NCBI RefSeq assembly: GCF_009914755.1
Contig: NC_060939.1
Source of the DNA: the human T2T-CHM13v2.0 reference genome, Homo sapiens
Reading direction: 5' to 3' (one strand)
Length of the DNA: 64,000 nucleotides
The position numbers were made by a program, and so were the translations under genes. The notes beneath the pieces are model-generated. The model was not told the DNA's origin and did no database searches. It was given only the letters and a program-made list of their open reading frames with translations. Of the stretch, positions 24,150 through 39,952 are shown piece after piece (position 1 is the stretch's first letter; every line of letters starts with the position of its first letter).

Positions 24150-25300
24150 GAATAGGGTTCCGGTGAGTCAGGGCAACGGGAAGCCACAGCTCTTAGATCC
24201 CTGGAAGCCAAGCAAGACATGGAATGGAGAGCAGAGCGGAGGCCCTCAGGGCTTTGGCCCTAAGCCTGGAGGGCCAGAGGGGGGTGGGGTGGGGGAGCAG
24301 CTGCGTGGGCAGGGGCCAAGATGAATGAGCTACTCCTGGAGCGGTCACTGGAAATAGAAGGAGTGGCCACAGGCAGTGACGCTGGGACCAGGGCAGGAGG
24401 CCTGTAAACAAGGAAGCCACCTGGGGGAGACGCAGGGCGGCCACTGGTCCTGGGGAGCAGGTGCTTCCTGAGGCCCGCCCTGGAGAGGGCCCTGGGGGCC
24501 GCCCCGCCGAGTCTGCAGTGGGCACTAGGGGGCGCCGTCTACCGGCTTCCCGAGCCCACCGCTCCCTACCCTGGCTCCTGGGGGTGTGGCCGCCGGAGGG
24601 TGTGCCGGCCCAGAGTCCCAGGCCCTGCCTGCCCGGCCTCTCCCTCCCTTCTCCTGTCACCGCGGCCGACTGGCCAAGGGCACCAGCCCTGGAGAGGGCA
24701 CAGGGCTCAGCGTGGCCAGCTCGGATGTGAGCTCATTCCCCCGAGACCACCAGTTCTAGTTCCTGCCCCTCCCCCAAAGGCTCGGGTCGCAGGCTGGTGC
24801 CTGGCACCCACCCCAAAGGTTGGGAGGGGGCTCGAGGCCATCAGGCTCCAGGCCGCACTTGGCGCTGCCCCCTGGCGCCAGGGAAACAAAGGTTAGGGGC
24901 CCAGAGGGAGTTATCTGGCCCCACCGCCACCGGGTGGGGGAAGGGGACCAAGAGGGGGCGCAGTTCCCCTCCACTCCCCCAGCCCTACTGATTCTTCGAG
25001 ACACTTTCACAGGCGGAAATTCCCAGAGGTCAGAGGAGGGAAACGGTTAATTCCTTTTATTCAATGGGTCCCCCCTACACGCCTCCCCCCAACTTCCTCC
25101 CTCCACTTCCCGCCCCCCCCTGTGTGAACAGGAAGTGGAGAGGAAAAGGCTCTGAGCGGAGCAGCTGGGAGCAGGAGGCAGGGAGTGGGCGGCGGGCTTG
25201 GTGCCAGCCCTGCCCCTCATGCTTACTTGCCGGAGGGCCAGGCCAACCGCGGCCTGGGAAAGAACCTGCAGCCCCGCTGGCGAGTGGCAGTTGAACCGGG
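24150..25300. promoter_or_regulatory. GC/CpG-rich intergenic regulatory element with CTCF-like, AP-1, FOX and ETS motifs
   Basis: TGAGTCA 24164-24170; TGTAAACA-AGGAAG 24403-24416; CTCF-like cores at 24522-24535(+), 24864-24878(-) and 24948-24961(+); AACAGGAAGT near 25127. Confidence 0.55.
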
Positions 25301-26647
25301 AAACAGCAAACTCCATGCCCTCTTTCCTTAACCTGCTCCCAGGTTACAGGCTGCTGTCCTCAGGGTGCCAGACATCTTCTGCTCAAGAGCCAGCTGCCCT
25401 GGCCACCACAGCCCCACCTCCACCACCAGGCTGGGCATCCCGAGGCTGGCAGGCATCTCTTCAGGCAGCCGCCAGTCCTGGCACTGGCTCCCCCACTCAG
25501 CCCCTTGGCCCTGCCAGCCCTTTGAAGCTCATGCAGCGCTTCCTGTTTGGGGCGGGCGATGCCAGGGCCCCTCCCCCACCATTGTTCTGGAGAGACCATA
25601 GGTCCATCTGTTGCCCCATGGTGGGGCCCCTAGGCAGTGCCACACGGGAGCAGCACCACAAAGGACGCTGCTGGCAGCTTTGCTTATGTGGGGTGAGGCT
25701 GGGCCCTGCAGCAGGTTGAGGGTGAATGGTGGTCAGAGGCAGGCCTGGGGCGGGCACTGGGATAGGAGGATGCTAGAAAGTTCTGGTGCTTGGGCAGCTG
25801 GAGCCCTCAGCTTTCTCCTCCACCTGGAGCATGGAGATGATATTCAGGGAGCCATACGTGCTGAAGCCACCAGGAGAGGGCCACCATTCTCATGCCTGGA
25901 TTCCCAAAAGGAAAACTGAGGCAGAGGGGCAAACTTTGGTCCAGGATGGCCAATAAAAGGGTCACAAAATAGGGTTGTCATTTCAAGGGGATTGGCCCCA
26001 CTCTCTGAATGCCCAGTAATTGGGTGCTTTCCTCTCCCTGAGCAGCTTTACCGTGGCTCAGCTTTCACCTTGAACCAGCCCTTACTGAGCAGTCAGAAAC
26101 CATACCGTGAGGTCAGGAGAGGCTGCGCGGCCTTAGTTTGGTGGCCAGCAACCCATGTCCACTGAGAATAAGCTTGGGCAGAGAAAAGGGAAAGGGGCAC
26201 TGGTCTGGCCCCCCGGAAGGTGGCTGCTGCTTCTGGTTCCCAGGCTGCTGTGGCCAAAGGTCTGTTTGTGTTTGCCAGGTGCAGAGGCAGGTGGCTGCAG
26301 CTCACCTTCCCTCCATGGCATGATCTCCCAGCTCTGACCCTTGACCTGTTCCCTCGCGGCATCTCCACAGGGCTAGAAGGTGAACCCTACTTCCTTTACC
26401 AGGTCCTCTGGTTTCTCTTCCCAGGCCAGGACCTAAACCGTTCACAACTCCCAGCAGGCCAGAGCTGCAGAGACCTCAGATAGAGACTATAAAGTGCTGT
26501 GGAAGCCTTGTTCAAATAAAAACATTCATGAATGTCCAGTACTTGAAATTGGTATGCTGAGATTCTCCGATGGAAACTGGGCTGGAGGGACCCACACTCC
26601 TGTTCACTCAGCCTGTTCTCCACTCCTATCTCAATGTCTCTCTCTCT

Positions 26648-26950
26648 GTTTTTTTTTTTTTTTTTTAATAGAAACAACACCTTGTTCTATTGCCTAGGCT
26701 GGAGTGCAGTGGCGCCATCATAGCTCACTGCAGCCTTTAATTCCTGATCTCAAGTGATCCTCCCACCCCAGGCTCCTGAGTAGCAAGGACTACAGACACC
26801 ACACCTGGCTAATTTTTATTTCTATTTTTTGTAGTGACAGGGGTCTTGCTAGGTTGCCAAGGCTGGTCTTGAACTCCTGACTTCAAGCAGTCCTCCCACC
26901 TCAGCCTCCTAGGGTGTCCGGATTACAGGCATGAGCCACTGTGCCCGGCC
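26648..26950 (-). mobile_element. Alu (old, AluJ-like)
   Basis: Reverse Alu consensus with catagctcactgcagcct. Confidence 0.8.
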
Positions 26951-28849
26951 CCCTATCGCGATATCCATAAGATGCCAGGATGCCCAGGAACCGAGTTTGA
27001 AAGACATTGTGCTGCTGATCCCACCTCCTGACTTTACAGCTGCTGAATTGCAGAAGACAAATTGGTAGCTAACAGGAGGCTCCATCCTGGATCCTGCCCC
27101 TGTCCGTGAGATTCAGCCTTGATTAACTGTGTTCCCATGCTGGTCGTGAGCAGGGCACCATCCTAGGTCCTTCTTTATACTCATTTTCCTTCTCCAGCCA
27201 AAATGGGTTGAACCGAGGAACAAGGACATAATCTGTAAAGAGCAAGTGCAAGTCTCTGCTCTGCCATTACCAGCATCAGGCTAATCAAGCCCTTGGAAAC
27301 TCAATTTCTTCTCCTGTAAAATGTGAATAACTGTTACAGACCTGGAAAGGCTCTTGTGAGGCTGAAATGAGAGCGGTGCCGCCCATCTGTCAAGGTAGCC
27401 CAGGGCCTGGCGCCCAAGCAGCCCTGGGCACTTGCCCCTCTTCCCTTTTACTCTGCACCTCCTTTCTGTAGGCGTAGGACCCTGAGACCTGTCCCAGCTC
27501 ATCCCTCACAAGGCCCTCTGACTTCTTCAGATATCAGAGTGGAATTGGAAGAAAGAAGCTTGCTTGAGTAGGTTTTTCTGGTTTCTTGAACAATGGCGAT
27601 TCTAAGGAAAAGAGGTTCAGGATGAGAATGAGAGGAAGCCCACAGGCATGTAGAATATGGCCACAGGTGGGACAAGAGTGCTTCCTTGGGATGGGGGTCC
27701 TGGTTCCCTGAAGGAAAGGAGACAGGGCACTACTCCAGCTCCAGGAGTCTCATAGGACAGGCCAAGAGGGCTGGGCAGACACCATGCTGGCCGCTGATCA
27801 GGCATGACTCCTCTGCCAGCCTGCCCTCGCAGGCCAGCCCAGAACTTGCACAACAGTCGGCCTGGCTGGCACTCTCCCGGGAGCTTCAGGAAGTCCCCCT
27901 TGTCCTCCCCTTGACCTTTGACCCCTTGGGCCTGCTGCCGACCAGAATACCAGGCAGATGTTCTCTCTTTTACCTTTTGTTCCTGGTCTTTCCCTCTAAG
28001 GCTGGAACTCAGAGATACCCCAAACCCCCAGCTTCCAGCTCATCCTTCCCCATGCTCTCAGTGCGGACCAGCTGGAGCCTCCACTGGGCCGCTCTCCATG
28101 TGAGCCAGTGTGGATCCTTGGCCACAGCCGGCAGGACGCTTGCAAGTGCCCCGACTCCAGACATCCTCCCAGGTGTCCTTCCCGACTAGCTCCCTGTCCC
28201 AGGCCCCAGCAGGTGAAGCAGGAACAGCAGACAGAGCCTCCTTCCCTCCCCGGCATCCTCTGAACAGTCAAAGTTGGAAGAACCCTAGATATTGTTCCAC
28301 ATTAAACTATGCACGCCTCGTGGCACTCAGTTTCACAATCAAATAACTCCCTCTGGTTTTCTAGTGGAATTTCTGCTTTTATTTTATAGGGTTTCTTGGC
28401 TTCTTTTTTTTTTTTTAAGCAATCAGTCTAAATTTGTCATCACACATCCCCCATTTCCGCCCCTAAGGGCCTCCTTTTCATCCCCTGGAATCTGGAAACC
28501 ATATGTGTGGGCAGAAACCCCCCAGCATCCCCCACTGCACCCTGGCCCAGCCTGGCCTCCGCAGGGATAACCGTGTTAGCTGGGGAAGAGTCTACACTCC
28601 ACACTGGGGCTAGAAAGGGAGTTTCTCTTTGGACCTTCCCAGCTGAAGCCATGGAGAAGCCGTGTGGTCTAGTGGTTAGGGCTAGAACAGATGGGTTCTG
28701 TTCCCGGCAATCTCTTTGACTAACACCAGAAGCCTGGGAAAGTCCCCTTAACACCTAAGGGACTCAGTTTCCCCACCATCTGAGGGGCTCAGAGTTTCAC
28801 CAGCTAGCTCATCTCCTACCCGCCTTGGTGGAAAGAGTTTTTGATCTGG

Positions 28850-29800
28850 AATTTCTGCTATGTCACTTACAAGCTGTTTGACCTTGACAAATTGCTTAAC
28901 CTTTCTGAACCTCAATTTCCTCATCTATAAATTAGAGACTATTATCGTACCTACCACCTGGCTATTGTTGGGATTAAATAAGAAAACATATTCTCAAGGG
29001 CCTCGCACCAGACGTACTGTGAGAACTCAAGAAGCAGGCGTTGTGATTGTTAATAATAAGTAGAAAGGCACAAAGAGGTGGGAGTGTGTTCTTAGCGAGT
29101 CTGCCCCGGGCCAGACCTGTCTGCCCCTGCCTCTCCTGCTCCGGCTGACTTGTCCCAACCTTCCCTGGGCCTCCTCTGCTCTGGAAGGCAAGGATGCGTT
29201 ACCAGTCATTGTGGATCAAGGCTGAGGCCTGTCTGCTCGTCCCTGTCTCCATGACGACCCCAGCCCCTCCCCTCCTTCCTTCCTCAAGAGCTTTCTGTTT
29301 ACTGTAAACAGCTGCCCCAGCTCAGCCCTAGCTGATCCCCCCCACACCCAGGGCCAGCCAGACCCTCTTTGAACCCGGCCTGGACTGGTGTGAAGGTCTG
29401 CTCACTGCTTCTCGGGCTCCACAAGGCCTCAAACAAACTCTGTGTTTCCACCTTGCCTGGCCGGGAGGGGAGAGGAGGAGGGGAGGGAACTGTTACCTCA
29501 GACCAGGGCAGCCAGGGCCTCAGAGACAAGGAACAGATGGGGCGTAATGGAGGAGGACCACACCAAGAGAGTTGGGTGGAGACATCTCTGGCTTGGCCTT
29601 AGACTGACCGGGTTCAAATCCTGGCCTAGATTTGCTCACCGCATGACCTCAGGCTGGTCACTTAACTTCTCTAAGCTTCATTCAATTTATCGATTTATAA
29701 AATGGAGATAATAATACCTCCCTCAGAGGGTTGGCTGCTGGGCAGATTGGTAATAATGCATGTAAAACCCCTGGCTCAGGTCTTGACACATTGCTAGCCT
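28850..29800 (+). mobile_element. Two MIR fragments (about 28850-29050 and 29600-29800)
   Basis: MIR core text: tgaccttgacaaattgcttaacctttctgaacctcaatttcctcatctataaa, and aaaatggagataataatacctccctcagagggtt. Confidence 0.65.
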
Positions 29801-31167
29801 ACAATGGTGGTGGCTGGACTATTATTTCACTTTTCAGGTCCTCTCCTTCTGCTCAGCAACCTTGCATAAATCCCTGCCTGTTCCTTGACCTGGCATGTCT
29901 CAATCACACAGGCCTGCACATACATGTGTACTCAGCAAACATATGAGCTGGGTAATGAAATGAAAATTCACAAGCGTATCTGAGGCACAGGAGACTCAAT
30001 AAGAGCAGAGGAAAAGTCTGTTTCCTAAGCCCTTCCACAGGCCTGAGCTGGGACGTCCATGTGTGCCACCATCACCAGGGCACTATGGCTTCCTCCCTCT
30101 TCCTCCATTTGGCCTCCAGGATTGCACCCACCCTCCCTGCCCAGCGGAGCGCAGTGCAGGGATAGAGGGAATGCTGTATGGGATAGCTCCCCTTTCCTGT
30201 GGGCCAAGCTTTCAGGGCAAGATGGTCTGGGATGTGGGGCTTCTGGCTCCCAGCTCCTGATGGGTCCAACTTGGCTCCCTTGACTCTCCAGCATCCTTGG
30301 AAGTGCTGGCTAATTAATGCTGCCTTGTGAGATGAGATTTAGACCTGCCATTTCGCTTACCACCAGGCCCGCCCAGCAGCCCTGGGGCAGAACCTGGGGT
30401 TAAGCAGGGGCATTCATCAATTTGAGTCATTCCCCACAAGCCCATGAGTAAGTATGGTGCTGGATTTCCAGACCCCTGTCCCCTCCCTGAGATGCCTGTT
30501 GGGGTCTTCCAGGGCTGGGTCTCTGTTGGTTGCAGGTACAGCCCTGGGGTTCTCTTGAGCAGGGCGTGGCAGCTGCAGGCTTTCAGGCCTAGCTAACTCC
30601 ACTGCCCCCACATGCTCTTGCCCACAACCAGGTCTAACTCCAGCGTTTGTGTGCTCACCCCAGCCTGGCTGCATGAGAAAGGAGAGGAGCCCCCAGTACT
30701 GAAGTCAGCCCCACGGGTTGGGCTGGAAATCCCCCACTTCTTACCTTGGCTGCTTGAGGAAACAGCCTCCCGGCAGAGGGCCGCCTCCCGCCAGGGACTT
30801 TTCTCCTGGGGATGACATGGAATGCAGGGCAGCTACAAGGACCCTAGCCTCACTGAGCCACACATCAGCCAGCCTGAGGGGCAGGGGAGTGTGTCGGTCA
30901 CCCAGGACCACTCTCTCCCTTGCAGGGAGCTTGGCAGCTAGGGTCCTAGAACCCCTGAGACTTACGCAGGCCTAAAGGGGGAACAGGGAGAAGGAGGCCG
31001 TGGGGACCAGTGGTGGCCAGGAATATCCAGACTGCTGCGTGGTCCTGTACCTGGAGCGCACCAGCCCCTCCTCCACACTCCCTTCCCCTACCCCAGCACC
31101 CAGCCTGAAACTGGCTTCCAATAGGATGTAAAGCCCTCACTGATCTTCCAGGATGGTGGTCTCCAGA

Positions 31168-31705
<538 letters not shown>

Positions 31706-32093
31706 TAAATCAAAATAGAAATCATATTTCCTCCCATCCCCCCAACAAATGCCTCACTGGCCCCATATAGGCCACTGTGGAGCCCACTGTGTAGATAGAG
31801 GAAGGCAGGAGAGCCTCTCGGAGCAGACCATCACCCTACAAGAGGATCCAGGGCCTGAGGGGGCAAATGATTTTCTTAATCCATTGCCAACCACAATCGA
31901 GTAACCCACATCTGAAGCCGTTCTATTTGTTGTTGTTAACTTGAAAAGAAACTTGGTCATCTTAGGCAAGGCCCTGTTGCTGTGGTGGTTGTGCTGCCAG
32001 TTCCTACCCCAAAGGCCCAGGCAGCCTGTCCCATCCTAGGACCGCAGCACCCAACGTAGAAAGTGAGAGTTTATCGAGGAAGAACACCCAGCC

Positions 32094-32400
32094 TGTGTGT
32101 GTGTGTGTGAGTGTGTGTGCGTGTGTGTGTGACTGTGAGTGTGCGACTGTGTGTGCGACTGTGTGTGTGTGACTGTGTGTGACTGTGTGTGTGTGTGCGC
32201 GACTGTGTGAGTGTGACTGTGTGTGAGTGTACGACTGTGTGTGACTGCGTGAGTGTGTGTGTGTGACTGTGAGTGTGTGTGACTGTGTGAGTGTGTGTGC
32301 GACTGTGAGTGTGTGACTGTGTGTGACTGAGTGTGACTGTGTGTGAGTGTGTGTGAGAGAGAGTGTGTGTGTGCACATGTGTATGTGTGCATGCACGTGC
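32094..32400. repeat. Compound (TG)n microsatellite punctuated by about 15 GACTG units
   Basis: Directly visible; produces spurious His/Thr ORFs on the - strand. Confidence 0.95.
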
Positions 32401-33780
32401 TGGCCCAGAGTGTGTCATTCTAACAGAACCTGCCCGGTGATGGCCTCTGCTTTCTGGTCTGCTCGTCTTGGAGGCCCCACTTGTGTCACATAGGTACTGA
32501 GACACCTGCATTAACCCTTCTGACGGAGTCATAAGAACCCCTGACATTGAATTAGAATCTTTCTCTCGTCTACATCCTCACCACATGGCTGTTTAGGTAG
32601 GTGAGGCAGGCATCAATTTGTCCATGGTGGCGGGCAGGGGGCGCCCACGGCACAGAGAGGTTTGGGGAATTGCCCAAAGTCACACCATCTAGTGGAGCTG
32701 GGTCTCGCGTGTGCTCCCACCCTTCCTAGGTGTCTTTACTCATGTTCTGCCATCCTGGTCCCACAGGGCTGCTTGACCGTTCAGAATTCTGGCCTGGGAA
32801 GAATCAGTTCCCAAGGGCCATGGGACCTCTCTCCTGCAGCTGGGGGGCAGCCTGCCCTTCCTGCCCCACTAGAGAGAAGGCAAGCCCAGGACCCTCTCCC
32901 TATCCTTGGACATGTGGGCCCGTGGATAACAATCTTCGCAGGAGCAGGGTCCCTGACGGTAGAGGAGAGAGGCCTGACTTTCCTGCCAAGGCCAGAGTTG
33001 CCCCTGGCTCCAGCTCGCCTGGCTGGATCTGGGTCCAGGGCTTCCTCCTTCATTCAAAAGCTCGGCCCTCTGAGGGTGGCAGTGGGGGAGGGGGAAGGGC
33101 TCAACCTCCAGCCCCCTCCCCCCATCACTGACAGCTGTAATCTGCTTGGGAAAATCTCTTTTTTTTTTTTTTTCTGCACAGGAAAAAATATTAGTTGTCC
33201 CGATAACAAGGAAAACAAAATCTAGCGCAGGGCATCAGAGACTTCCTGAGGCGGGAAACAATGTCCAGTGGAGAGCTCAGTGGAGACGGCCCAAGCTGGG
33301 AGGCTGAGGGGGAGCTGAGAGAGGACTCTGGTCCAGTCCTATCCGGCCAGGGGGGAAGGGGATGACAGATCGAGGAACTTGGAAAAAAGATTTCCCCCCA
33401 AAACCTTGAAGTCTGGGCTGTTGAGCTATATCCGGGAAATGATTCAGGACCAGAGCACGTCCCTGCCTGGGGCCAGGCCCCATTGGCTCAGGTGCTCCGG
33501 GTCTACCTTTTTTCCCTCCCAGTCCCCTGCCTGCTCTCCCAGGTGCTACCCCAGGCCTGGGGGCCTGGAGAGTGAGACAGTAGGGTCCCTTCGGAGGTGG
33601 TGGATGAGGCCACGGGTGCCCCATAGGCAACCCCCGCCCCCTGCCCCTGGGGCATCTTGCCTTATCTGCCCACAGCTGCTTCCCTGAGGAACTTTCCACT
33701 AAGGGAGGGGGGTCAAGAAGAGGAGGACCTCTCCAAAGGCCCAGAGACTCTGGTCCCCTCCACCTCTACCAGGAGACTGT

Positions 33781-35942
<2,162 letters not shown>

Positions 35943-38333
35943 ACTAACAGGCCACGCTGGGGCGGGGTCGGGGGGGCAAATAGATTGAGGGGGGGCACCA
36001 CCACCTGCTTTTCCTTGTTTTGTTTTCAGGGCACTAATTACTGTGCTGAGCTCCGAGCTGCCTAATGAGGCCGTTTGGATTTCCTGTTGTTCTGGCTTCC
36101 CAAGACCCTTAAAGGGCCAGCATGGAACTAAGAGTGTGATCTGGGTGGGACACCAACTGCTCTGGTGGAGGTAAGCACAGAGGGGCTATCCCCAGATTTG
36201 GCCTGAATGCCGGGGGCAGTGAGCGGATGAGAGGCTGGTCCAGTTCGCTGCTCCCACGCCCTCTATGAGTACCCGCTCAGAAGTGCCCATGCCGGAAGCA
36301 GGAGCTTCAGGGCTGCATAGCCTGGCCAGGGCATGGGGTGGGGAGGGGGAGGCAAGGAGGCCAGGGCTGAGGAGGAAAGGCTGGTGATGTCACCAGTGCC
36401 CAGACTGTGAGAACCGCTGGAGCACCAGGCAGGAGGGAAACGCTGTGATGTCCTGCCTCCCCACTGGAAAATAAACACTTGTTGTCTGAGCGGCCAGCAC
36501 CACTTCCAGAGGGGCAGGCTGGCGAGCCTAGGGGCCCAGAAACAGGCTCGGGCCCAGTGTTGGGCAGAGATCTTTGCCCAGGCTGGATGCAGGAGGGTCA
36601 GGCTGCCCCCAACCTAGCCTCGCTGTTGCACACCACCCAGCAAGGCTCATGGGCTGCGCCGGTCCCCTCTGCACCTTAGGGCTCTTCTGTGCATGCAGAG
36701 GAGCTGAGCATGGCTGGGGATGCCAGGAGCCCACTTCCTTAATGGACTGGCCGGGCAGGAGGGCACTCATCTGCCTGCCTGTGTCTGCCTCCTATTTGGG
36801 GCACAGCCTCCGCCCCAGGACCTATCCCAAGTGCCCCTCGCGCTGCCTCAGGCTGTGAGTCCCCTGGGCCCCTAGTATGCCTGGCCTGCAGCACCCTCCC
36901 CCCCAGACAGGGTGACGACATTGTTGTTCTTATACGGGGCCTTCCGCCTGAAGTTCCGGCTCTGCTAAATGGTGGGAATGAGGGTCCACGGGACAAAGCC
37001 AGCCTGGTTCCCGCAGCCACCTCAGAATGGACGGAATCCCCATTGTGTGCGGGCGCCTTGTGCCCACCCTCCCCTTACCCTCGCCGGACGTTGCCAACAA
37101 ACAGCTCATTGAGCCCAGGGAGGGGCCCAGGAGACAACAATGTCCCCCAGCCGGCCAGAGCAGTGAACTCAGCTAGGGGTGGGAGCTGCCACGGAGGCTG
37201 GAGGGTGATGATCTCAGCCTGGGAGACCTGAGTCTGACCTGGGTCTGGTCTCCCTGGTGAGGGTGAGAAGGGCTGACCTGGCGGCCTCACCCTGGCTGCT
37301 CCACCCCCAGCTTGAGCTGGAAGGTTCTCGTGGCCCAGCCTAGGGGACCAAGCAGGCTGTCCACAGGACCCAGCAGAGCCATCCCAGGCCCAAGGGGCTA
37401 GTGGACCCTCCCTCTTGCAGTGCCATTCTGGAATTCCCTCCGCAAGGCCTAGACCAAAGCCCTCTCAAACCATCAGCCCAGTGCCAAGCATGTGTCAGGA
37501 CTTTCAGATCCACAAGAGGCTGCACTTTCTATAACCAGAACCATCTAAAGAGCATGGGACAGCCTGGAGAGGGGGTGAGAGTCCTGTCCCCAGAGGTATT
37601 CGAGTCATTAGTTATTGAATATGGTGCTGGTCCAAGTGCCCTTCAGAGCTCACCTCACCCTGAGCTTCTAGACATAGGGCCCCAAGTCATTCCCCCAAGG
37701 TACCTCTGGACTCCCTTTTTGCTTTCCAGGCCCGATCCAACCTTTCTCCTCTTCCAGGCAAGTCTGGGCTGCCAGGAAGGGCCTCGGGCTTCTAAGGGGA
37801 AAGAAGGCAGGGGAGAGGGCTGGCCAGGAGAGCAAGGAGGCAGGGGAGAGGGCTGGCCAGCACAGCAGCATGGCTGAAGCTGCCTCCACTTTCAGTATGG
37901 TTGCCCGGGAAGCCCTGATGCCAGTCTCATGTTTGCAGGGGACTATCTGGAAAGCAGAGGGTGAGAGGAGAGAGAAGCTGCTTTCAGGGAAAATGTGGAG
38001 TCTATCTCAGCCAGTCATCAGGCCTCTGGCATTCTCAGGTGCCCCACCATCTATGCATAGGAGCTGCCAACTCAGGGACAGGACTCAGAAATAAGTGCTC
38101 ACCTGGTCACCAGCCACAGATATAGAAATGTTCCTAGCTGCCTCTGGCCTTCTTTCTGTACCTCCCTGCTCCAGACTACCCTGCATACCACTGCCAGAAA
38201 GCATGCAGACGGCACTCTCCTCTGCTCAAGAACCCACAGGCTCCCTAGTACCTATCAATCAAATCCAAATTCATCTGTCTGGTGGGTTTCCATGCCATAG
38301 CTATGTAACTTCATGTCCACCCTCCATAGGTGA

Positions 38334-39952
<1,619 letters not shown>

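Noticed and set aside
32004-32547. His/Thr-rich ORFs
   Set aside because: Translation of the CA strand of the microsatellite.
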